64,000 bases of DNA from Sminthopsis crassicaudata (GCF_048593235.1 NC_133620.1:295259765-295323764), one strand, 5' to 3'. Shown: positions 49,836 to 61,466, counted from the stretch's first letter. Program-made: numbers and translations. The notes: generated from the sequence alone by a model not told the origin.

Positions 49836-51089
49836 AAATGAATGCTGAACACTAGCTTTATATGTAATTGGAAAAAATATATATTATTAAAATGGGGAAA
49901 AAAAGCGACTGACAGTTAAAACAACTTGTCACAGCTTCATCAACTCCAGAATGCCCAGCAATAGAGCAATAAGAACTAGAAGTTTAACAAGCAAAGAGAA
50001 AGCTTCATGTGAAACAGACTAGAAGGGACCAAGAACATCAAGACATGTGAATTCCCCCAAAAATACAAGTATTTGTGCGACTCCTTGATAGATTTTTCTA
50101 AGTGTAGGCTTACTTTCCCCCACAAACTTTGTGCATTAATAGGAATGTATGGTGTGGATTGTGATGTTTTGGTTATTTTCTGCATTTGCTTTATGTTGAA
50201 TAACTGTGATGTTATGATCATTCTTACTTTTGCCATATCACTAAATAAATGTCTGTATTTCAGAGTTAATAGTGTCATGGTGACTGATTTTTATATAAAA
50301 GGGAAGCATACCTGTTGGAGCCCTGAAGCTATATTGTCAAATCTCTACAATAGAATAATCCCTAGGATCCTAAAAGAAGTTTAGTCATTATCACATGGTA
50401 ATGGTTCTTCACTAGAACCCCCACATCCAACAGTATGAGGACAGGTTGGATTGAGCAAGCCAACTCAGTGATAATGGAGATGGGTCAAATCATGTACCAC
50501 ACAAACATCCAATTTCTTAACTCTCAGATCTGCCCTGACTCTATTATATATCCTTTTCTACAATGAATGCCTCATTTTTCTTTATTTTTCAAAGCCTCAG
50601 AGGAGTTCTTTCAACTACCCACCTATGCTGGTGAGATTTTTCTCTGATGTAGGAATACCTTTGTTTGAGGTTGGGAATAAGGAGAAGGAAAGTTGAAGGG
50701 AAAATTATAAAGCTTGGTCCCTATCAATCAATCTGTCTATCAATATGTATTTATTAAGCAAATACCATGTATGAGGCACTGTGCTGGAGATAAAAAGAGG
50801 TTTAAAAAAAAAAAAAAGTCCCTGCCATGAAGCAGCATACAGTCTAATGGTGAAGACAAGTAAACAAATATGTACAAATATGCTAAATAGGAAATAAATA
50901 AGAAGGCAGGGAATACCTGATTTTATGAAGTTATGAATTTAATCAGTTAAGCAGAGATGGCACCAAGAAGTAAGAGAATGGTACTCAAATAATACAGAGG
51001 TCAGGATAATAGCATTCCCTGCCTAGATTGTATTCCATTTCCTATAATTTCTAATACCCCACTTTTAAAAAAAAATTTTTATTTTTTTT

Positions 51090-52640
51090 TTTTTGAGAAT
51101 TTTATTCTCAACCGTCTATAAGAGCATGGAGGTGAGGGAGAAGAAACCAAATTTGTGATTTCCTTGATAAACTCCCATTGAGGAAATTTCCTCTTCTGAT
51201 GCAGATCAAAATAGACACCTATATTTCACCTTATTTTCTTTGTAAAAATTTTTTTTATTAATTTTAACTTAAATACAAAATAAGAAAGGAAAAGATAAAT
51301 ATTTTTCCATGTATACAAAAGGACACATAATAAATAAAGGAGAATAAAACAATAAATTTTCACAAAAAACTATATATTAAATCCTACACATTGTTTTCAA
51401 AGCAACCTAGCTTTTCTGTCCTTCCTGCCAAGTTTTCTATTGTTCTCTGTTGTACTTTTGTTTTTCTCCCTTCTTTTCCCTTCTTCAGAGAAATCTACAA
51501 TCAAATGTGAATGTGTGTGTGTGTATTTATACACACATATACATTTGTATCTATAAACATAATAAACAAATAAACGTATATTTGTAAGATCATACTATGC
51601 ATATTCCTATTTATCAATTCTTTCTCTGATACTAAATCTTCCTTCATAGATCCAAGTCTTTCCATGTTTTTCTAAGTCAACCAGCTCATTATTTTTTATA
51701 TTAACAGCAGTATTCCATCAAAGATAGAGATAGTCAATGAATGTTTTCCTCCCAATTTTCTGTTTTCCTTCTAAGTTTGGTTTTATTTATACAAGAAGCT
51801 TTTTACTTTAAAATAATTGAGATTATCCATTTTAAACTTTGACAATATTCTCACCTTATAATGTAGTTTAAGATCTAGCATTTACTGAATCTCCTGCTTT
51901 TTCATTTCCCCTCTTAATTTTTTTGAAATTCTTTACTTTTCTTCCAAAAGAATTTTATTCTTTTTCTAACTCAGTAAAATAAATTTTTAGTAATTTAATT
52001 GGGATGTATTGAATAAATAGATTAGATAAAATTGTCATTTTGTATTATATTGTTTTAAATATCCATGAACAATGGATAATTTCTCCAATTATTTAAATCT
52101 CACTTTATTTGTATAGTGTTTTATGTTTACATTCATATAGTTCCTGTTTCCCTATTTTTCTTTTAATTAAATTTATTTTAACTTTAAATTTATCCAAAAT
52201 CATGATTACTACCCTTGCTTTTTTTATGTAATAAATTCTACTCCAGCCCTTTATTTTATCTCTGTATGTTTCTTTTATTTTTATTGTGTTTTCTGAAAGC
52301 ATAATATTAATAAATTCAGATTTTTAATCCATTCTACTAACCATTTCCATTTTATTGGTATATTCATCTCATCATTACTTGTTGCATATTTCCCTTCATC
52401 CTATTTTTCCTCACCCTTTTTGCCCTGTTTACTGTATCCCTTCTCATTTGTCCAATTTACTTCTACGTGTTACCTTGTCCTTCTATTCCTTAATCTACCT
52501 AACCCTTTGAATCTCTCCCTTATCTTTTTCCCTCATCTAAATCTACTTATCTTTCTCAGTTTTTCCCTTATCCCCTCCTCCTTCTAATTCTTAATCTATA
52601 TATTCTTCTATATATATTCTTCTAAAAGTCCTTGCCTTAG
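51090..52640 (-). mobile_element. Older L1 fragment(s), reverse orientation
   Basis: T-rich reverse L1 sequence; minus-strand ORF with KGWSRIYY endonuclease-like motif. Confidence 0.6.
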
Positions 52641-52644
52641 AATA

Positions 52645-53276
52645 TGCAGGAATGTGGCAGCCCTCTTTGTGGTGGCCAGAAACTGGAAACTACATGGATA
52701 TCCAGCCCATCAATTGGAGGGAGAATGGCTGAATAAATTGTGGTAGATGAATATTATGGAATACTATTGTTCTGTAAGAAATGACCAATAAGATGATTTC
52801 AGAAAGGCCTGGAGAGACTTACATGAACTGATGCTGAGTGAAATGAGCAGGACCAGGAAATCATTGTATACTTCAACAACAATACTACATGATGATCAAT
52901 TCTGATGGATGTGGCCCTCTCCAACAATGAGATGAACCAAATCAGTTCCAATAGAGCAGTAATGAACTGAACCAGCTACACCCAGGGAAAGAACTATAGG
53001 AGATGATTATGAACCACTACATAGAATTCCCAATCCCGCTAATTTTGTCTGCCTGCATTTTGGATTTCCTTCACAGGCTAATTGTACACTATTTCAAAGT
53101 CTGATTCTTTTTGTACAGCAAAACAACTGTTTGGACATGTATACATATATTGTATTTAATTTATACTCTAACATATTTAACATGTATTGGTCATCCTGCC
53201 ATCTTGGGGGGGGAGGGAAGGAGGGGAAAAATTAGAACAAAAGATTTGGCAATTGTCAATGTTGTAAAATTACCCA
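52645..53276 (+). mobile_element. L1 3' end
   Basis: Same 3'UTR as the 18675 copy (gaaccactacatagaattcccaatccc...). Confidence 0.88.
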
Positions 53277-53860
53277 TGCAAAGGATTCTTACAAGATTCT
53301 AAATCAGTGGAATTGATAGAGATAATAGTTACCTAATTTAGCATAGTTCAGTATGATTGATTTAATCCTACAAAGAGATGTTATGGGCTAGAACTTGAAA
53401 CAAGATACTAAGTGGAATTGAGGAGACAATGATTATCTAATTTAGCATGGTTCAGTATGATTAATTTAATCCTACAACAAATAATGATTTCCAAATGATA
53501 TAGATTGGTGTATACCAGTGTGGAGAAAGTGGCTAGAAAGCCTCAGCCAGAGAGATTCAGAAACAAGCAGACAGAAGGCTGGAGGCTGAAGCAGAAGCCC
53601 TTGGACTCAGACAGATTATCTCATCCCATCTCACACTGCCATGGTGGCAGGCTCTCCTTCGCTTCTCCACTGAAATCAAGACTCTGTAAAGCCCCCAGAA
53701 AACTAGCCGACCCCCAAGAGAAGAAGATAAGACTTTGAAGGAGACAATTTGGACTTTAACAGCTGGCTGTACTTGTGGTGATGACTGAACTGAAGGAAGG
53801 CTACTCCCAGAGACCCCCCAAAAAACTCAACAGAGAACATTACATTTTAGAGAGAATATT
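53277..53860 (+). mobile_element. Solo LTR, related to 9170 and 58432
   Basis: aggattcttacaag start; about 115-bp internal tandem repeat (gtggaattga...aatttagcat...aatcctacaa); gagaacatta end. Confidence 0.7.
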
Positions 53861-54133
53861 ACACATTTTGTTTCTTTTTTCTCAGTTTTTATTTTTCTTC
53901 CTTCTTGATCTGATTTTTCTTACACAACCAGATGGCTATGTGAATATGTGTACACATATTGGATCTGGAATGTATTTTGGCATATTTGACATGAATTGGA
54001 CTGCCTTCTGGGTAGAGGAAAGGATGGGGGTGGGGGAAGGATGGGAAAATTTGCAGCAGGGGGTTAGGGAGGGGTTAATATTGAAAAAATTACCCATGCA
54101 TATGCTTTATGAATAAAAAGCTTTAAAAAAAAA
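53861..54133 (+). mobile_element. L1 3' end fragment
   Basis: aaaaattacccatgcatatg...aataaaaagcttt-A tail. Confidence 0.7.
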
Positions 54134-54983
54134 GCTCAGTTTGACCTTATTGTATTATATATATAATTGTATATAATTGGTCTTTAATGTTTACCTTATA
54201 TTTCGCCTGGATCTTAAATGTCCAATTTTTCATTAAGTTTTGTTATTTTTGTCACAAATACCTGAAAGTCTTTCAGTCTGTTAAATAAAATAAATAAAAA
54301 CAATCTGTTTTTGTTTTTCATTTAGAGTTCTTTTGCTCTGTGAAATATAGTGTTCCAAGACTTTGTTCTAAGTGGTACTTTAACATCATTGCTGCTAGGT
54401 CTTATATAATCCTGATTATAGCTCTGTGATATAAATTGTTTTGGTAATTTTTTTTTGGTTGCTTTTAATATTTTCTCCTTATTATCTGTATTATCTTAAG
54501 AGAGATTCATGGGATACTGAAGATTAAGCAACATACTCAGGACCATACAAGCCAGTACGTGTAAGAGGCCAGATGTGAATGAACCAAGTCTTCTTGACTC
54601 ATTGGAATACATTGGCCCTCATTTATAGATGAAGAAACTAAGATTAGCATGATATAAGTGGTATAATCAGGACTATAAATCTAGTAGTCTTATCTAATTT
54701 CTCAATACTAATTTCTGTTTTCTAGTATCTTCACATCACCTGAATAGCATTTCCTAGCTAGCCTGAAATTAAATTTGGTTATAGAGAGAAATACTCCTTA
54801 GCAGTTGGGCCTAGTAGTTTGAGACAGTGAGGACTAAGATGACCTGTTCCTTCTCATTCTGTATAACCTCCTGAACCTGTTCATAACTGAGTTACAACCT
54901 ACTCCCAGCTATGGTTGCTAAGGGAGATTATCTCCCAACCAAACCCAGAAGCCTGGATAAATCTTCACCATTGCCATGTTCCT

Positions 54984-57022
54984 ATGGTGGTCAGGATGAC
55001 TGGGGTGAAGAGGTAGGAAATGAAAACCAAGATCTAGAGGTAGCTCCTTTCTCTAAAACCCTCAAGAGATCAATCATGTTCCAACCCTCAGCCCAATTCC
55101 CTGGTTGGTAAACTTGATATTCCAATGTTATGAAGACAGCTTCCAGAAGAGACTCAGCCAGAGGAGAAAACTCTAAAGGGGAAAGAAGATTATAACTGGG
55201 TTCTAACAGGAGTTGTAGTTGGGTGAATACAGCAATATGGACAAGTGACTTTTGTGTCCCACAACCTCATCCATTCTGAAAAATTAGGCACCATCTTGGC
55301 ACTATCCGCGTCTCAACAAAGCTTTGTTAATATAATATGCCTTATCTCAGAATCATCCTATCTTTAAATTTCTCCCAGTTCCCTTCAAATAGTAACTATT
55401 TACAACTCTTTTTCAGAGATGAAAACTTTTTTTTTCCAATCCTTAATGTTTTAGCCCTACTCCCAATCCCAAGTGTATTCTCCTACAAACTTTACTCTTC
55501 CTCCTTTATCTTTGATCCCTTCCAAATCTAAAGTTCTTCTATATATACATGTATATATCACAACAAACTTCTAAGTATTATCTGCATGATTAATACTTTC
55601 TCTACCAGTGTTTTAAGTCTAGACAATCAAAAAAAAACAATAAATCAATCCTGATTTTCAGTGTTTGCTGATTTCCAAAGTATAAATACTCACACTGATA
55701 ATTTAATAATTAGCTCACTCTAGAGTTAGAACAAGTTGACTTCAGCACACCACTGACTTTTTCTCATCCTTAGCTATCTTCAATCTGATGTAAATATGCC
55801 TAACTGGCTCCATCTAGCTCATATGCTAGGCAGAAAGAGAAGGAAACTGACTCTTGGGATACCAGTCAAACCCAGATGGGTTATCACTTTTTTCCTGTAG
55901 GAATTAAGGGGGATTCTAGAATTAGGAGATGTAACCAGGATCTGGAAGTGCAGAATAACTAAGCTGAAGGAGTATTGAGGTCTTGGGGCCAGAGACCCAT
56001 GTATCTGAAAGAATTGGAGATTTTGTAAACTACCCTACTTTGTAGGAGAGATTTGGTGAAAGTACATTTGAACCTTGGAAGAGAGTAAAGGCTAAAAGAA
56101 CTGGAAATTGAGTGGATACCATCAGTTGGAGAATGGCTGAATAAATTATGGTATATGTATTTATGGAATATCATTGTTCTATAAGAAAATATCAGTAAGA
56201 TAATTTCACAAAGTCCTGGAGACTTACAAGAACTGATACTAAGTGAAGTGAATAGAGCCAAGAGGACATTATACATGGCAACAATAAGATTATAGGATGA
56301 TCAATTCTAATAGGGGTGGCTCTTTCAACAAAGAGATGATTCAAGGCATTTCCTATTGTGATGGAAAGAGCCATCTGCATCCAGAGAGAGAATTTAGGAG
56401 AATGTATGTACATCAAAGCTTAGTATTTTTACCTTTGTTGTTGTTGTTATCATTTGCCTGCTTGTTGTTTTTTTTCTCATTTTTCCCCTGTTGATCTGAT
56501 TTTTCTTGCACAGCTTGAAGAATACGGAAATGTGTCTAGAAGAACTGCACATATTTTACCTATATGGGATTACTTACTCTTTAGGGGATGAAAGAGGGAA
56601 GGAGAGGAGAAAAAAAGGAACACAAAGTTTTACAAAGGACAAAAACTATATTTGCATGTATTTGAAAAAAATAGAATACTATTTTTTAAAAAGAGAAAAG
56701 GGCCTAGTACGGAAGTTAAAGTGATAAAGGGTGGGGAAGAGGGAAGAACATCTAGAGGTTGCATCATGATGCCTGAGTTTCTGAGGAAAAGAATTCTAGA
56801 TGAGAGTTAATGAGAGAGGACTGGAATCTGGCTCCTGCAGATTTTGTCCCCTGATCTTCATAGTCTAGAAAAGTCTGGAATCGGGGCAGCTTTTAATAGA
56901 CCCAAAGTGCTTAAAGAGACACTTGCCAGACTTTCCTGGTCAAGAAGTAATCTGTTTGTGGATACCAAGACAATTCATTTGCAATGGGAACAGAGTCAAA
57001 TATAGATTCAGGGGGACCTGAG
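54984..57022 (+). pseudogene. INCA1: Degenerate INCA1-like exon remnants (probable unitary pseudogene)
   Basis: Syntenic position and strand between KIF1C and CAMTA2. Motifs VAPFSK, QCYEDSFQKRLSQR, MLGRKRRKL, GIP...TFFL*ELR and LEK...GAA..PKVLKE resemble recalled human/mouse INCA1. There is a frameshift and in-frame stops at 55174, 55898 and 57003. Confidence 0.7.
56095..56690 (+). mobile_element. L1 3' end inserted between INCA1-like remnants
   Basis: ccatcagttggagaatggctgaataaattatggtatatg...3'UTR. Confidence 0.85.
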
Positions 57023-57575
57023 TTATTGGATATGAAGCAAAAGCTTTCAATTTATTTTTTTTATTATTTAGTTAGGCATATTTTTGTCTCTGACAGGTGA
57101 GAACCTGTATCTACAAAAAAAGATGCTTAGGGTTATAGAGCCTGGATGACAGAAAATCTAGGAAAACTACCTATCATCTCATCCTTGTTTTTTCTCATAT
57201 TTTTATAGCTACTTTGATCTCCTTGAAGCCTTCTAGGCCAAGAGAAACTGAGTCTTTGTGGTAGCTGAGTTCCCTAATATCCTCACCCTGGATATGGGGA
57301 ATGAGGAACAAGGGAGCCCTTTGATAACATTATTACACTTCCCCTACAATCTCTCATTCTGGAGACCCAAGGATCTTGTTCTCTAGCCCCACTTTACCTT
57401 CTTCAGACTCTACTACTCTCTCCTAGTAAATAATCATTCTAGCCTTCTCCATATCTTAATTCTTAATCCTTTTAGTCACCTAGGCTTCTGTTTTATTCCC
57501 CTTCCTCATTTTACTCTCAAATTTCCACTCCTACTTACATCTTGTTCTTCCCTCTCTTCTTTTAGGTAATGAGTA

Positions 57576-58249
57576 TGAAGGGAAACTGAGGACATCTCAG
57601 ATCTGTTAATCATTAGGACTCTAGGAAGGAGAACAAAAGGTTTTGCCTTTTAGTAGAAATATTTGACCTCCTGAACCTTTATTTAACTTCTTAGAAGAAG
57701 CTAGCTAATTAATGAACTGGAGACATTCTAAAGGACCTGTAAACTGGGTAATCTCTATTTGTTGAGGAAACTTGAGGTAAACTAAGTCTCCTTGGTTATC
57801 CCAGTTTAATGGATTACTTACCTCTAAAAAACCTCCTCTTTGTGAGGGGACTATATGGTTTCTTATAAAATCATTAACTAAGGATTCAATTTACCTGGGG
57901 AATTTGGGAGATAGAGAGATAGCTCATATTGGATAAAGTAAAACAATTGTAAAACTTGTGAAACTGACCATTATAAAATTCAGGTCAAAATTTAACAAGT
58001 CCAAGTTACTTCCAGACATTAATTGAGAAAATGAGAATTGACTAGATAAGGGGAAGGGGGGGTTGTCATGATTTCTTACAGCTTGTAACCATATAATCTC
58101 CCCTGACTTCTGAAAGGGTAACCTCCTTTTTACTGGAGACCCTAGTTTATTGAATGTCCCGTCCTCATGAGGTGCCTAAATAAAACTTCTATTCTTCACT
58201 TTGAGAGATCTCTGAGAAGTCATTTTTAAATTAGATTTCTCATCCTACA
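57576..58249 (+). mobile_element. LTR-like element
   Basis: tgaagggaaactgagg start, AATAAA about 58179, ends catcctaca; flanks gagta/gaggta. Confidence 0.5.
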
Positions 58250-58431
58250 GAGGTAACATTTCAGAACTGTTTTAATTTGAATTCCTCTATTAGTGATTTT
58301 CAGTACTTTTTAAATGGCTATTCATGGTTTACTTTTCTTTTGAGAGCTATTTGTTCACACCCTAAGACTATCTTGCTATTGGGAATAAGGCTTAGTTTTA
58401 GAGATTTGGGTCACTTTCTTGTAGGTTTTTT

Positions 58432-58875
58432 TGTTTTGGGCCAGAACTCAAACAAAGTGTTATAACTCAGTGGAATTGATAACGACAATGGTTGTCTAGT
58501 TTAGCATGGTGCTTAATAGTTCTCTAAATTCAGTATGATTGATTTAATCTTACAACAAATAATGGTTTCCTAGTGATATAATGATTGGTTTATACTCAGT
58601 GTAGAGCATATAAGCTGGGACAAACTCAGCCAGGGGCAGAGCCAGATTCATTCACTTCATCTCACACCACAGTGGTGTCTGGCCGCCTGCACTTCCTCCA
58701 CTGAGACCAAGGTCGGTCTGAAAGACTCTAAGAAAGCTTGGCCCAGACTCCAGGCAAGGAAACTAGATTGTGAAGGAGAAAATAGACTTTGCACTTTAAC
58801 ACCTGGTTATTCTTGTAGTGATTACTCTACTGAAAGGAAGGCTGCTCCAAGACCTCAAGAAAACCAAAAAGAACA
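58432..58875 (+). mobile_element. Solo LTR, related to 53277
   Basis: cagtggaattgata...tttagcatgg...ttcagtatgattgatttaatc shared with the 53.3 kb LTR; CATATAAG box; ends gaaca. Confidence 0.7.
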
Positions 58876-58981
58876 TTACTTTTTTATGTTAAATTTTTTA
58901 TGAGAAAAATTTTTATGCAGTTATTTTCACAGTTTATATAGTTTTTTCTTCAATTTGCATTTTGGTGTTTGTACAAAAGCT

Positions 58982-59220
58982 GCTAGGTGGCACAGTGGAT
59001 AGCTTCCAGGTCTGAAGTCAGAAAGATATTTTCCTGAGTTCAAATCTAGCCTCAGACACTTAACTGTATGACCTTGGGCAAGTTACTTAACTTTGTTTGC
59101 CTCAGTTTCCTCATCTGTAAAATGAGCTGGATAAGAAAATGGCAAACCACTCCAGTACCTTTGCCAAGAATACCCCCAATGGAGTCACAAAAAGTCAAAA
59201 ACAACAGAATAACAACAAAA
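58982..59220 (+). mobile_element. MAR1-type CORE-SINE
   Basis: tRNA head, CORE and RTE-like tail aaaatggcaaaccactccagtacctttgccaagaatacccc. Confidence 0.8.
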
Positions 59221-61372
59221 GCTATACATATACAACAGTTACTGGTGCTAGCACAAGCACTTGTTTCCTCCCACTGTGGGATCTCCTTCAGTATTGGGCT
59301 CATACTCACAGATCCAGAATCAATCCTAGAAGCTTCTTCTCTAAAGAGAATGACCGACCTCTCTTTCTTATTGTCTTTCCCAAGATCCCTGGGAAATTAT
59401 TGTTTTTCCCAAGATCCCTGGGAAAATCACTTAAAGTTTAGGTTTAGTTCATTTCCTCAGAAAGTAGTAGATAGTACTAGGTATATAAGGTAATATAGGA
59501 TAGCTTCTTTCTTTCCTTACACTAAAGGAATGCTAAAAAAAAAAAAAAGTCTCAACAAACAGGGTAAACTGACCAACACTTAAAAAATAACATCATAACC
59601 TATAACTCCTGTTACTAATGTGGGAAGTTGCTGCTTAAAACATTAAAACATGGGGCATATAATGGAATTATTCTTTGAAAGCTCATTTATAGCTTCTTCA
59701 ACTTCTCTGAGAATAAATTATTTATGTTCATGTTTTGTTAGTTTTAGTATCTTATTCTTTCTAGAGAAAAAAAAATTCACTGTGAATGGGAATGTGGGAA
59801 AAGAGGACCTATAAATTGGTCCAACTATTTTTTTAAAATTTGAAGTTATGTGAGAAAAACTGCCTGTTTATTTATGCCCATTTCTTCAGCAACCCCACTA
59901 TTTGGTTTATACTCCCCACAAAAGTTACTTATATGAAAAACCCAATGGTATAAAATACAGGAACACTATTCATGATACCAAAAAAAAAAAAAAAGTTAAC
60001 TGTCCAACATTTTTGATGGCTGAATAAATTGTACATGAATGTAATGGAACTAGGAGTATGTCAGAAAGAACAATAAATATAAAGGATAGAAATAGATTTA
60101 AAATTATGCAGAGTGGATAAAGGAAAACCGTAAGACTTATGTAACAGTTATAACAGCTTTGTAAATTAATACAACAAAATTGATGTAAAAAATACTGGAC
60201 AATATTGATATTAATTTAATAGTATACACATCCTTCTTTTCTTTTAGAAAATAGAAAATTGTACTTTTCAAGATAAGTCCTGAAATAAATCAATTCCATG
60301 AATTGAGGAATAAATTGTATTTAATTAAATAATCAGGTAGCAAATTTGCCACCCTGGGGGATGTCCAATGGATTTCCCAACTCCAAAACCTATGAAATAG
60401 CTTCTTGTCCCTTTAAGAAGTATAGAGGGGATGTGGCAAGGCCTGGTCATGAGATTCTGGCCGTCCTCAGCAACCTGATCGAGGAAAAAAACTTCATCCT
60501 GCGCTTTGTTCCCTTCATGCTATGCATCCCAATGGATGGGGACAAGGACATCAGAGGGCCGACTACATAATAAGATCTCAGGATAGGCCTTAAGATCTGA
60601 CTCAACTCAATCTAATTGACACTACTTTGACGTTCTGACATCACTAGGGTCATTTGGGATTAACAATTTCTGTCCTCATGGAAAGTTTTTCAGCAGTTAC
60701 TAAGTCCCTGTAAGTTTCAGCTACCTTAGAAATAAAAATACAAGCTTGCACTCTAATGGGGGAGGGGAGGGGCAACATACACATATTGGGGACATTCAAA
60801 AAAAGTAGCACGGTTTCACTGAGACTTTGGGACGTGCGCACAAAACACCTAAGAGACATAAAGGGTGAAGTCAGAGAAAGGGGGAGAAGAGTGGCCTCCA
60901 CCTCAAGCAGAAGGTTGTGTTGGTCTGAGCCGTGAAGGAAGCATGAATTTCAGATTGTACGTTTTGGGGAAATCAGGACTATACTGTTAGTTCGTACGCA
61001 CGCTACGTGAAGTCAGGGCTGAAGTCAGGGCGGATCGATTTTTAAAAAGTGGCTCAGACAAGGCAAATTAGAACCTGGTTTTGCTTTTGCTTGGGGATGG
61101 GCAGGAAAAGGGTGGTTGAAGATGTAAGTGAAGAAAACTAAAACTAGGCTTGGAGAAGAGCCCAAGAAGAAGCTTTCTTCGGTGTCTCCATCCCCACAGC
61201 TTCTCAGGGGCTTAAAAGTTCAAGCGCGCATTTGGATGAGCTCTCCTCATCTCCTTCCCCCTAGTCTCCTCAACCCAGTTCCCACTCAAGCACGAACACG
61301 TGCAGCCCAGTGCTAAAGTGAAACATCTAAGCTAGAACGCCCGCCCTTAAATGGAGGTTCCCCCCTGCGCGG

Positions 61373-61380
61373 TGACGTCA
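61373..61380. promoter_or_regulatory. Full palindromic CRE (TGACGTCA) at the CAMTA2 promoter
   Basis: Exact TGACGTCA immediately upstream of the putative exon 1. Confidence 0.7.
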
Positions 61381-61466
61381 GACGCCGCTGTCACAGCCGG
61401 CGTGGGGGGGGGATTGCTCGGTGTGGGGGAGAATGGCCGTCGCCGCCGCCAGTGGGACCCCGGGAG
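61381..61466 (+). other. CAMTA2: Probable CAMTA2 exon 1 (5' leader; start approximate)
   Basis: Strong donor GAG|gtaaga at 61466/61467 in the CpG island, upstream of the CAMTA2 ATG exon. Confidence 0.65.

Larger units (their letters stand above)
45300..49900 (+). mobile_element. Degenerate L1 ORF2-3'UTR hosting four nested insertions
   Basis: ORF2 remnants (KNFNKVAGHKINPYKS..., FADDM-like box at about 46200) and 3'UTR. Confidence 0.9.

Noticed and set aside
53285-53500. Spaced direct repeats that could look like a CRISPR-type array
   Set aside because: Only two long units inside an LTR in a mammalian genome; an ordinary LTR enhancer duplication
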